A program made the position numbers and the translations under genes. Of a DNA stretch of 64,000 nucleotides, positions 12,797 to 24,469 are shown in pieces. Numbering within the stretch: the first letter of the stretch is position 1; each line of letters starts with the position of its first letter. The notes beneath the pieces were generated by a model that did not search any database, was not told the origin of the DNA, and saw nothing but the letters and a program-made list of their open reading frames with translations. Source of the stretch: Selaginella moellendorffii (Eukaryota; Plantae; Lycopodiophyta); assembly GCF_000143415.4 (NCBI RefSeq), contig NW_003314261.1, forward strand, positions 5,915,620-5,979,619, read 5' to 3'.

Positions 12797-14216
12797 CTAA
12801 AACATTTACATTGAAAGTTCCACTATGCACTGTGTGGGTTGCATGCAAGTCGAAATCAGAAACTTTGACTAAATCCCTGGATGTATCTTTTTTGGATTAT
12901 ATGTTTTAAAGCAGTTACATTATCGTCTCATAATATTATATTCGCTTTGATACTCCTCTCCCATTTAGTATTGTCTCTCTTTGACCTAAAATGGAACAGA
13001 AGGCCCATAAATGTCCTTTTGGCAGCTCTGTTTGCACGAGATATGAGGATTGCTTGCTCTGTGGATTCCAGAATTGCGCAAAGTCATATAAGATTTGTAA
13101 TTCATTCAAGCGATGTGAATATTGTTTGTTTAAAAAAGCTGTTCTGAAATTTCAAGATCAGCATGAAGTCCAAGAGAAAGATGCTTTGAAGGAAGTTTCA
13201 AAAGCTTGGAATTCGTAACTAAAAATTTGCAAGTATCATGTAATCACCAAAGTCATCAAACCATGCTCATTGGCTTTGGCAACTAATTCATTTTATGTTC
13301 TGGCTTTTTCTTGGGGACGATTTACCAACTACTACATCTATTTGACATTTCTTCCCAACTACATCACATTTTTCTAGAGTTTTGTCTGTGGCATTTGATT
13401 GTTACCTGTCCAACACCTCGATTTGATGGTGAGTAACCTTTACCTTGCAATAGACTGTAGTGATTGGACATTGGCTCCTATGGCAAACCACCCCAATTTG
13501 AGCTGTTAGTAGTTTCTGTCACAACAAATAAATCTGTAGCATGTGGATTTGCTCAGACAACTATCAACCATGTGAGTAGTGCAAATATGGTTTCTAGGAG
13601 GCAATTTGTTTTTTTCAGTTTCTCCTTCGGTGACCATTCTTTGGGCAACTCTGCTGGAATAGCTTTTAAGGAAGTTGGAGATAAGGGTGCTCGAAATCAA
13701 GCAAATTTACAGTTACAAAGTCGTTAATATCCTTATACCCATGATTTTCAAGACAGTCAATACAGAAAGGAAACCTGTAGTTCAAACAATGGATTTCGAT
13801 TAAGCATGGTTTCTACAAAAACTGGCAGAACGAAATTTTGTTTGTGGCCGGATTTGGCTATCACACACTGCCTTAACATAACAGCATGGGAATTCTAAGG
13901 TGTTATTTCTAGCCTCTCTAGACAATTACATTTCTTTGTGATTAAATCGATTTGATTTAAATATTATACATTTGTTTTTTATTTTAGGAGTCACTTTTTT
14001 TTCGTTTTGGCAACCATTCCAAGTTATCTCTTTATTTAATAAATTATTTATTTTAGTTTTACTTATGTGTGAATCACTATTCTAGGATAAATGCAATTGT
14101 GTATGTGTATCACTAATATGTTTGAATTTGTAGACAGAAAATTAAGTTTTTTTGATAAATTTTAATTTAGAATTTTTAAGTTCACATTTAATAATTTGTT
14201 GTTTAGTGTTGAAAAT

Positions 14217-14860
14217 CTATAAAATTTCCTTGTAGACTACATTCTTTGTGTATGTAATTTGTTGTCTCTTTTTAAGTTTACCTTGGTTCTTACATTCTTC
14301 TACACATATAACTATTCGGTCTTTAGAGGTACATTGTGATAGTGCAACATATAATTGCCCATGTCCAAAAACAGAACGTGGTAAAAAGATTCCAACATTA
14401 TTTAAAGTTTGGCCTTGTGATTTGCATATTGTAATTGAGAATGCAAGTCTCAAAGGAAATTGTCGCTTTTTAATACAAATGGCATGTCACCATCTGTAGG
14501 TTTTAGTATGATTCTTGGTAGTAAGACCTTTTTTCCTTCTCTATCTCCATGTAATATTTTTGCTTCTATTATATTTTGTAATGCTGATGTAATCATTAAC
14601 TTAGTACCATTACATAAACCTTTTTTTACATTAAGATTTCGTAGAAGCATCACAATGCTTCCAATTTTTATATTTAAGTTATGCAGAGGCATCCCAGATG
14701 GTGTTATGAAATTAAGATATTCTACTGGGTAGTCTAGTATTTCTTCAAAAGAATCACTATCAATTGTATCTACACTTTTAAAAGAAAATAGTCTTCCTGA
14801 CATCTTTGTTAGAACTTATTCATTTATATCTAACGAATGATCATTCAATGTCGTTAAGGA
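14217..14860 (-). pseudogene. Helitron PIF1-family helicase, C-terminal remnant
   Basis: YPVEYLNFITPSGMPLHNLNIKIGSIVMLLRNLNVKKGLCNGT..LPRI, then RLAFSITICKSQGQTL..GIFLPRSVFGHGQLYVALS..KNVVYKEIL*, the canonical RepHel C-terminus. Frameshift near 14455, stop near 14818; N-terminal helicase and Rep are absent. Confidence 0.95.
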
Positions 14861-15879
14861 TTGAATGTGTCCTCTAGGATTGATGTTGGCATGGACATTT
14901 TTGCTGTGTCATCGAGCTCACAAGGTATGTGTGCCTTTACATTCTCAGCTCCTTTTATTTGCTCACTTTGTGTATGTTCCAGAGAGAAAGATGACAAGTC
15001 ATGTTTTTCTCGATCAAATGAGTGAGGTAAGAGAGGTCTCTTCCCTTTTGTGCCACTGTAAACTACACATCCAGTCTTGTGATTATTTTTTGCAAACTGC
15101 TGTGGCATTCAAGCTATTGGCTCACAATCAATACAACTATTCTTTTTATTGTTATTGACTCTGATATCTTTGTGGCACTTTTCTTTCTCATTGATGTGGA
15201 TCACTTACTAATGCTTGATGTTTGTGTAGGAAAAAAGATGGATCAGAAAATGAAGATGTGAACATGTGAAAATGAAGTAATCTCAGCACATAATAGTAAG
15301 GATTGCAGGTTTAGTCAACCTTAAACTCATGACACTGTGTCCAGGTAATTTACAGTAAAGTAGAATATGTCGAATTTTAGAAAAAGTAGTTGTTCTTATT
15401 TCCAATGAATGAGCTTTTGGAGGTGCTTGTGTGTTTTACAGCCTGTTTTTCCTATTGCAGGTCTCCCTTCTTATTCCCGGGAGTGGCAGAAAGGCTGGGA
15501 TTTATTTATTTTGGTTCTTTTGATTGGAAACTACTGAGATTCAGTGTTGAGGTCTATAATGAAAGGCAGAGAATTTATGGTTGCCATATTCTTGCAGTGA
15601 CCTGGATGGGATACAATCCTGAAATTTTGTGTTTTATTACTTTTTTTTTTTTACAGTTTTGGAGCAGATCAAAATATCCAGTATTTGCTTGAAATTCCCA
15701 ACGGGGAGTGCACTGCCAATACAGCAGTGGTGCTCTCGAGTTATTGTCACTGGAGCCACTGATATGAACGTGACTGGCTGCTCAATTAATCAGACGCCAT
15801 AGTTGAGTGCCAATGCCCTACCATTATGGGTTCTTCCTCCTCCAAGTTGTTCACTGGAAAGCAACATGGCAGTGACTTC

Positions 15880-16160
15880 TTTGTCGACATTATCGAGATG
15901 TTTAAACAAGTGGTACTATGAGCCGGTGCTCAAGCCGGGACAGCCTCCATTTCCACCAGGCCCGCTTGGATGGCCCTTCTTTATCAACATAGCTGCTTTT
16001 CTCAGAGCCTTCAAGTCTGGATTACCATACTCTTTCATGAGTCACTTCTTGGTTTCAGGTATAATCAAGTGGGTTTTACAAGGCATTTCTGTTCTAGCAG
16101 CCCACCGTCCTGGTTGCCACACCAGAGGCATGAAAATTCGTGCTCTCCAAAGACAGCCCT
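15880..16160 (+). pseudogene. KAO: CYP88-family (ent-kaurenoic acid oxidase-like) cytochrome P450 5' fragment
   Basis: LNKWYYEPVLKPGQPPFPPGPLGWPFFINIAAFLRAFKSG.P.SF, then (frameshift) YKAFLF*QPTVLVATPEA*KFVLSKD; matches the CYP88 N-terminus; truncated with stops. Confidence 0.8.
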
Positions 16161-16405
16161 CTGTTACTCGCTCCTGTGCAACAGAAACCACGTTAGCATC
16201 AGAGATCAAGAGAAATCCGGGAGAAATCCGTGACAGGGTAAGAAATCTGGGAGCATCAGCCAGTGGGGAAGTTGTCACAGAGCTGGAGATCGTGTTCTTC
16301 AGACTGTCTGCCATTGACCTGTGCGTGTGTTGTGAATGGCGATAAACAATCAACGATCCAGCCTTTTGCAAAGGGTACGCACACTCCCGCCACTGCGTTC
16401 ACCAC

Positions 16406-16412
<7 letters not shown>

Positions 16413-16470
<58 letters not shown>
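16413..16470. repeat. (AG)n microsatellite
   Basis: Perfect dinucleotide run of ~29 units. Confidence 0.98.
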
Positions 16471-16472
<2 letters not shown>

Positions 16473-16692
16473 CACAATCTGCTCGATCGCCCTAAAAGAT
16501 TCACTTGATTTGGAGGGTCATCAAATTCAAATTTGAAAAGTTGCCACCCCTTGGAACTTTGATCTATGCCATCTATTTTAAGTTTTTGAATTTGAACCGT
16601 TAGATTATAAGTATATTCAGAAATAATATTCTAAAAATGGAATAAAAGACGCCAGATGCCATATGCCAATAGCACGTTTAAATAAGGGAGTA

Positions 16693-19600
16693 CTAGCAAA
16701 AGTCCCAGCTACGCTGGGAGCATTGTGTTTATTTCTGATATTTTAATAATTTCAAAGAGTTGTAAGCGTATTTGTAATTTTTAACATAATCATAATTATA
16801 AGATATATAGTCAAACATAACATAATATTTATATTAAAAATATCTTCAACAATTGACTCCATCACCAACAAACATCATAACATAATAAATATAACTCAGT
16901 ACATTATATTATATTTAAAATTCTGATTGTTGACTGAAGTCTTGGATATTCTATAAATGGAATTTCTCACTGTGGGATCCCATGGCCAGATGAGTCATTT
17001 TTATTAACTAATTTTTTCTTTTATTTGAAATCTCTATATAATTGATAAAAATCTTATTATTTGATGATTTATTAAACTATATAATTTCTCCTCTTAATAA
17101 AGTATGTGTTACTTAGGTACACTCAATTATAATTATGTTAAAAATATATTTAATATATATTTAAAAACTAACTTAAAGTGCATACAACTTTTAAATTTAA
17201 AATAATATAAACATTGTTATGGAGTTTCTCTTTTCATCATTTGAGACTGAAAGTTTTGGAATTGCATAATAATAAGTGAAAGACGTTAGCTTTATGTGTT
17301 ATATTTTCTTTAAAAAACTTTTAATATTTTACATATTTATCATTGATACTCCCTTTTTACATAATATTTATATTCATGCATTTTGAGAGTAATATTTAAA
17401 ATAGAAAGTATTCTATTATATATCATAAACATTAATTCTGTATTTAGTTTTATAAATCTAAAATAATATTATTATTTATTTATATTCATGCTTTTATATT
17501 TAAAATTAAGGCTTTATAACACTGTCATGAATGCTGAAACTTTATGATGTTAAATGAATGGTAATGTTTTACTCTATACTGGGGTAGAGTAGGGTTTGAT
17601 GATATATAATCTTGTCTTTATGCTAGAGCTATAATATATCAGAAAATTCATGAATGGTATATAGATAGGTTTAATATCATATAATTAAAATTCTGTATAT
17701 GGTCCATGTACTAATGTTGTCTCAATCATATTTATACCTTATTATGTTTTTCATGTATAAATGCAATGTAGGATAAAGTGGTAGAAAATTTATGATATTA
17801 TATAAAACTTAGACTACATCTTAGCCAACCATAAGTTTACTAATAAGAAAATATTTTACACAACAAATATCTAGAACTATTAACTCCTCTATTTTAAGTT
17901 AAAAAAATCATATTTTTATAGAAATTACTTTTTTTATATTCTAATTTAGATACTTTTTTTCTTTTATTATATTTAGTACTTTTAAAAATTTATTTAAAAA
18001 TATTCCTTAAAATTACATTATATTTTTTTCAGAATTATTTTTTCCATATTTGTATTCGATATCCTGTCCCTTCATAATATTTACATTTATGTTTTTTAGA
18101 AGTACTATCTAAAGGTAAAGGTATTATATTTTATATCATTAAGCTTTTTTGTGTATATGTTTTTATATAGAGAGAATGCTAAAATGAATTAAGATTTTTA
18201 CCTTTATGTTTAATTTATTTTTATATAAATTTACATTGAGGCTAAAATCTTTCAATGAAAGTTATGTTTTTATCCTGATATTATGGTATTGATGATTCAT
18301 AATATTTTTTTTTTCCTAAAACCATAACATATCAGAAAATGAAAAAAGGTCCATTGATTGCTTTATTAAAAATAAAATTTTAAGTGATGAGGAATCACAT
18401 TTTTTAAGATGGTAGCCTTTTGTATTTGTCTAATATCTCAATGATATTTTATGTATCTGTTTTCCATGTATCAATGCAAAAATTATTAGTGAAAATAACA
18501 GACTTATTACACATTCATCAATGAATCTACTCATATTGAGTTGTCTATTAGCTTAGATATAGTGTCATATTTGTGCAATATCATAAAGTTAAAAATCATA
18601 AGATTATGATAAAAGTATAACTTATTTACAAGATATAATAGCTGGAGCTATTCAACTCTTCTATTTTAAATTATAAAATATATCATTTCTATAGTCACTA
18701 CTTAATTTACTTTTAACTTTATAGTATATCTTTTATTGTGTGTACTATATACCATCTTTTAAACAAAATTATGTTTAATTTTAATAATGTAGCATTGAAT
18801 TAATCAGATACTCTTTGTTCTATGCTTAGAGTTGGTAGCTGCATCGGAAGATAAGANNNNNNNNNNNNNNNNNNNNNNNNNNNNNNNNNNNNNNNNNNNN
18901 NNNNNNNNNNNNNNNNNNNNNNNNNNNNNNNNNNNNNNNNNNNNNNNNNNNNNNNNNNNNNNNNNNNNNNNNNNNNNNNNNNNNNNNNNNNNNNNNNNNN
19001 NNNNNNNNNNNNNNNNNNNNNNNNNNNNNNNNNNNNNNNNNNNNNNNNNNNNNNNNNNNNNNNNNNNNNNNNNNNNNNNNNNNNNNNNNNNNNNNNNNNN
19101 NNNNNNNNNNNNNNNNNNNNNNNNNNNNNNNNNNNNNNNNNNNNNNNNNNNNNNNNNNNNNNNNNNNNNNNNNNNNNNNNNNNNNNNNNNNNNNNNNNNN
19201 NNNNNNNNNNNNNNNNNNNNNNNNNNNNNNNNNNNNNNNNNNNNNNNNNNNNNNNNNNNNNNNNNNNNNNNNNNNNNNNNNNNNNNNNNNNNNNNNNNNN
19301 TCGTCACATTTCTGAGCAGAGCACGTCGATCTACCAAATGCACCTGCGCAGGCGGATGCCGGCAGATTTGTTCCCCGCGTAAGTCTGGAAGGCATCAAGC
19401 CTGTTCTCGCTGATCATCGAGCACAACTATGGCGACATAGAGAAAGCTGTGAGCCTCTCAAACCTTTGCAAACAGAGAAACAAACAGAGAGAGAGAGAGT
19501 GCCTTCCTGCAAGCGGTGATCAACGCTCTCTCCTCATGCTCACGCGCCCTAAAGAGAATTGAAATTTTTTATGATCCCAAAAGTCACGGCTCTCCATTGT

Positions 19601-19698
19601 TTAATCTCAGCCGTTAGATTTTGGCATATGCCCAGAATAAGTGTTGCCAGTATATGCTATTATTATACTGGCTCTTTCATTTAAATATATGAGTATGA
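16693..19698 (-). mobile_element. Non-autonomous AT-rich Helitron
   Basis: Minus-strand 3' end: hairpin TCCCAGC-GTA-GCTGGGA (16703-16719), 6 nt, then CTAG|T at 16693. 5' end A|TCATACTCATATATTTAAA at 19698 with AATCTAACGGCTGAGAT. A^T target, no TSD. Spans N gap 18857-19300. Confidence 0.85.
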
Positions 19699-20169
19699 TG
19701 ATATAACAAAAACAGAAAGATCCCAGCCATTGATACATTTTACCAACCCTAAATCCCAGCCATGGAATATTTTTCGAATAGTCTTGTGGAAGTTAGTCAT
19801 GTGATTCAAGGACATAAGGATTTATGATTGTCGGTCCACCATCCACTATTGTTGCTTTGTTTGAATTGCTTGGAAATTGTGCTGGGTAGCTTCACGCTAC
19901 CTGGCAAGAGACTGGTTTGTATCCAAAAAATCCAGCAGCAGCACGCGACTTGAGTTTGTAGTTGAAACTCCATTTTCTGTGTTCAAAGACGTCAAACAGA
20001 GAGCAACTGTTGCAGGGGTGCTGCATTACGAAGAAAGCTTTCATTTCAGAATGTCTTTAAATCATTGTGGTGATGTCTCGGCCGGAAATGCACATGGCGG
20101 GCGGGGCCAACTTGAGGCGGGGGATATATGACAGCATATTTGCCTTGAGCTTCCATATCATGTCCAGTC

Positions 20170-20428
20170 CTACGTTGAGCACCGGCAGAGAACCTGTCTG
20201 GGATCTTTAAGAGAGCACCACCACTTGTCTACACACAAAGAAATGGAGTTAAAAAAACATAGAGAATAATGAGAAAACTTGCAAAGTTTTTTGTATACCA
20301 GAGTTCCTGGCTGTTGAGAGCTGAGATGTAGAACGCAGGCTTGGTGCCGACCAAAGTGCATCGTTCCCTGCGGGAATATGGTGATATCACCTGGGTACAA
20401 GAGGTTGATGTGTGGTACTCCTGTCTCA

Positions 20429-20500
<72 letters not shown>

Positions 20501-20870
20501 GATCGGTCGTATTTCCTACCGGTTGTATCTACAAATCCAACTTGAAATAGCCCACCAGAGACCATCATGAGGAGCTTGGAAGTTCGAGGGTGCGTGTGTG
20601 GGAGATTGACTCCACAGGGAACCATGTTAAAGTGGACATAAGTTATCCCTTTGAGACCTGGAAAAAAAAGAAAGTAAAACCATGAATGGATTATTTATTG
20701 TGGTATCAAGAAAAGGCAAAGAGGAAGAAATATACGTGATTCCCGAAATTGCTGAGAGCTCCGGATCCCTCGAAATATCGCAGCAGGTCAGGGTCGGCAG
20801 CACTCATAAACACGTTGGTGGCGGCAGCACTCAGGATCGTCACCACCAGCATCAACTTCTTGGATTCCAT
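20170..20870 (-). pseudogene. Germin-like protein (cupin) pseudogene
   Basis: Signal peptide MESKKLMLVVTILSAA..ADPDLLRYF, germin box CGVNLPHTHPRTSK, YPGDITIFPQGTMHF, then a frameshift into AFYISALNSQ. Confidence 0.85.
20432..20498. repeat. Compound (TC)n(CA)n microsatellite in a germin intron
   Basis: Directly visible. Confidence 0.95.
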
Positions 20871-21039
20871 CAAAGAAAGATTATGTCGATGAGATTATTA
20901 GACTTCGAGAAGACTGTGAAGAGCTCCGGCTGCCAAGATTTGAAAATGATGTTAGACTAAACTCCTTCTATGACAAAGTCGTTAGAGAGTTTGATCAGAA
21001 TACGGTTTTCACAGAGCCATTCTAGTCAGGAAAATTACA

Positions 21040-23760
21040 GTTTAACTATCAAACGACTTCACAAGAAATTCAAGCGTCATCCTCCATCTCTGTGTCTTCA
21101 TCTTGTGTGTCAAAGTCGTCCTCATCATCTTCCTCGACTTCCACTGCAAAGATAACTCAACAGTTGGTGACTAAACGAAAGAATGAAACGAAGCTTACGT
21201 CCATGGCCGACTTTGCAATCATCACATATCCAGACCTCCTCGTTTCTGTAGCTTGTACATCCCACGTGGTACCAACTGTTGCAGAAGCTGCAAAGCACTT
21301 CCTCCGGAGTCTTGTCTTTGCCACATTGTCGACAAAACATGTCCACTTTGCCTCTCAGTTTTTTGACCCGCTTATCAATAGAGCTCAACGCGGAGTGCAA
21401 ATCTCCGAATAGCGTGAACACTTCCTCGTAGTCTGCTTTCTTATTCTCAGGGATGTAAGCGGATTCTTCAAGGTCGGAAAGAACCCAGACGAGAACCTTT
21501 CTTCTGGAGTCCCCTTCAAAGATCTTTTTTGCGACTTCTTTGGTGTGACGATGAAGCTTCACGGCATCTTTAGCAACGGTGATCTTGAAGACGATGAGCA
21601 CCTGCTGGTCGGCATAATACACATCGGCTCCAATGTGATTGTAGTTCTGGTTCACGAAGAGCGTCGGACTTCTACTCACCTTTTTCAAGCTGACCATGGA
21701 TCGCCTCATCTTGTTAACGGGCACAACCTGGAGATGGTGACTCAGTGTCACATTGGCCCCTGTTATGCCGACGTTGAGAAGCTTCAGGGCAAGTATTGTG
21801 GCTTGCTCAGCATTCCACCCAATGGTGCACATGTTCCTGCTTTTTGAGATACCCTGCGTGAAGAAGCGAACTTCTGCTTCCATGTCGCGGTCCTGCTTCC
21901 TGCGTAGCTCTTGAGCTAGCCAAACATAAGCAAGCGTCTGCAAATGCGGCGTCAGACAGTGACCTTTGCCGTCAGCACCGCGATAGTAACACCTGGAGTC
22001 CATGGCCTCGGATAGAACAGAGATGCGTCTCCCTGCAATAGCCTTAAGGAGCTCGTTCCGAGTCCGTCGTCCATCACTGTTGTTGACCGGCTTCCAGATG
22101 ACTTCAAACAGCGACTTCTCAAGTCCCTTTACTGTCTCGCCCAACAGGTACTTGCTTGAAAGGCGCCCCTTCTTTAAATGGATCCAGTAATCAACCAGCC
22201 AAGGCACTGTGCCAGTCAATCTGTAGTCCAGCTCTTCAAAACTCATGCCCTGACGTTTCAAGTAAACTCCGAGCTCCGTGAACTGTCGAAAAACAAAATT
22301 GAGCTCAGCGGAAGTAAAGAATGACACTTACGTTAAATCCCCCCACGCAAGTGTGGAATTCTACTCCAGGAGTTTTTGAAATCTCATTCCTCAAGAAGCT
22401 CCTCACAGAGGCACAGATGACTGTGGTGCACTCGAGAGGGATTTCATCGACAAAGTCGCGTGCAGCCGTCTTCCGATTGATTACAGACGGTGAATCGTCA
22501 TTGCTCACATCCATCGCATTTCCATCGTCAATGAAAATGAAGATTTTCTCCCCCCGTGTACGTAGGAAATGAAGAATCTCTGGGGCGTCCTCGTTCGCAG
22601 CTATCAGTCGCTTGTGACAGCCGGCTCGTGGATATAGGCCAAAACCAAGGCTTTGTATACTGCTCGCACCGGATCCTTCGCAAAATAGTTTCCAGCCAGA
22701 AGTAAGAACCGGCATGTCGCAAGATCTGGCATCTTCGTTTCCTTCTTAGCAAGCTGGTTCGCTTCACCTTGGCTGGTAATCTCTGGTTGCTTGCTGGTAA
22801 TGATTGCTGGTATCTCATGTTCACCCGGTGCCCCCATTTTTAGCGGAATCACGCGAACGTCCAACAAGTTGCTGGATGGACAAGGCAAAGTTCTCGTTAG
22901 ACAATGCATGTAGAGCTGCAAAACAAGAGGCCTTACCTTGGGACATTGACGGTAACCTCTGGCTTGATCTCTTCACTCTGTGGTAACCCTTGCGTTTCCT
23001 TGAGCTGTTTGGCCTTGATTGCCAAGTGCGACTTGACAAGCAGAAAGCCCACTCCAGCACAAATGCTGACAGTTTTGCCAAACCCGGGTGTCCCTGTGAT
23101 GTACTTAGGTTTCGCAAAGGGCAGCCCCAGCCTGGGATGATCATCCCTGTTGCTAAGAAATACGAAATCTATGAGATCCTTCGTCACCTGTCGACCCATG
23201 TAATCAAACTCTCCCAAATTTCCACTCATGTCCGGAGCCAACAGCCGGCACCACGTTTCGTTGCTCGTTAAGCTCTCCATTGTCAGATGCCCAAAACATT
23301 CCTCCAATCTCACGGAGAATGCCCAAGCTTCCTCGAACTCATCCATGACCTTACTTCTTTTCTCTGTAACCACAGATGGGAACTGTGCGAAACGCTTACC
23401 GCTTCCGCTGAGCTCCGCCATAGCTTTAGGTTTAGAAACCATGAGCCCTAAATTATCTTTTTCACAGGTTTGGGTTCGAGTCTTCGTGAAGACAATGCCT
23501 TTGTGTTAAAGTCGTGTACTCTAGTAACCCTGTCACATTGCCACTTTAATAATCCCTAACTTGGGACCCAGCAGAGGCCTAGATTTACCAGTCGAGTAAT
23601 ATACAATGGCAATACATCTTTCGGATCTAATCCGAAGGACCATTAAAGGACATGATGGTTGCAGTGTTGGTGGATTTTGAATCAGCAGCCTCCAGTATCA
23701 GATGCTTGGTGGTTTCTCGATGTGAGTTGCCATTGTCTCCTGCAGCCCGAGTTTTTCGTG
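21040..23760 (+). repeat. Direct segmental duplication of ~28236-31150
   Basis: Near-identical colinear sequence; this copy lacks ~190 bp at 23590. Confidence 0.95.
21070..23442 (-). pseudogene. Crinkler-type P-loop NTPase + REase-fold nuclease + PHD finger, copy 1 (frameshifted)
   Basis: Walker A ITGTPGFGKT, Walker B IFIFIDDGNAMD, LTGTVP, GWNAE..NYNHIGAD..FKITVAK..H, C4HC3 PHD, acidic tail. A 1-bp deletion at ~22617 (cttgtgacag vs cttgtgaacag in copy 2) shifts the frame. Confidence 0.75.
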
Positions 23761-24469
23761 TATTCTAAATGTCATCCAAAATTGCATCCATATGCAATCT
23801 TGTTTGTCTGGTGGTTCATCCTCACTGCTAAATTCTATACCAATGTCTTCCATCCTAGGATCAGTGATGCTCCGATACCATATTGTGAAAGCAATCATAA
23901 CCTAAATCTCTCTTCTCTATGAGCAGTTGTGACCCTAGATGACCTACCACTTAACATATCATATGAGGACCACAAATCCTCAAAAATACCCACGCAACTT
24001 GATAGAAAGAGGCAAGTACGGGAGGAGGCGAGCAAGAAAACTGTTACATAGGCTTTACAGGAAAAGGATTGAACATTGTTGGAGAGTTTGATTTAAGATC
24101 CATAAATAAAGCTAAACAAGTCAGGGACGGATCACTTTAATAACAGTATACATACAGGAAAATGACAGCTCAAAATATTATTATTCATATCCATTACAAA
24201 AGTTTTCTCATTTGCAAAAAATCTTTACAGTTTACTAGATATTCTGTTATATCAAATTTAATGATCGATTCAATTTAATAAATTAATTAGTGTTCAATAA
24301 ATCTCAATATGATATAAATTAAGTACCAATAATATACACAAAGAATGTCAGCCTATTAAGAAAATGTTACTAGGGTATACAATCCCATTACCTCATATAA
24401 AATGGTAAATTGGCAGAAGTGATTATATACTTAAGATAAAAGTTTTAAGTATTGAAATGAATTATAATT

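Larger units (their letters stand above)
1..16692 (-). mobile_element. Large gene-capturing Helitron (5' end at 16692, completed by 19699-19701; 3' end not found, probably left of the window)
   Basis: Reconstructed 5' terminus A|TCATACTCCCTTATTTAAA with subterminal AATCTAACGG, internal RepHel remnant and RPA-like gene on the same strand, and a mosaic of unrelated gene fragments. Left extent is inferred and crosses an N gap. Confidence 0.55.

Noticed and set aside
15803-16345. 180-aa ORF as an intact P450
   Set aside because: Only the first ~60 codons match CYP88; homology continues in another frame with stops and then ends.
24369-24415. Possible Helitron 3' end (ACTAG plus weak hairpin)
   Set aside because: The stem is weak and AT-rich and I found no matching 5' TC terminus.
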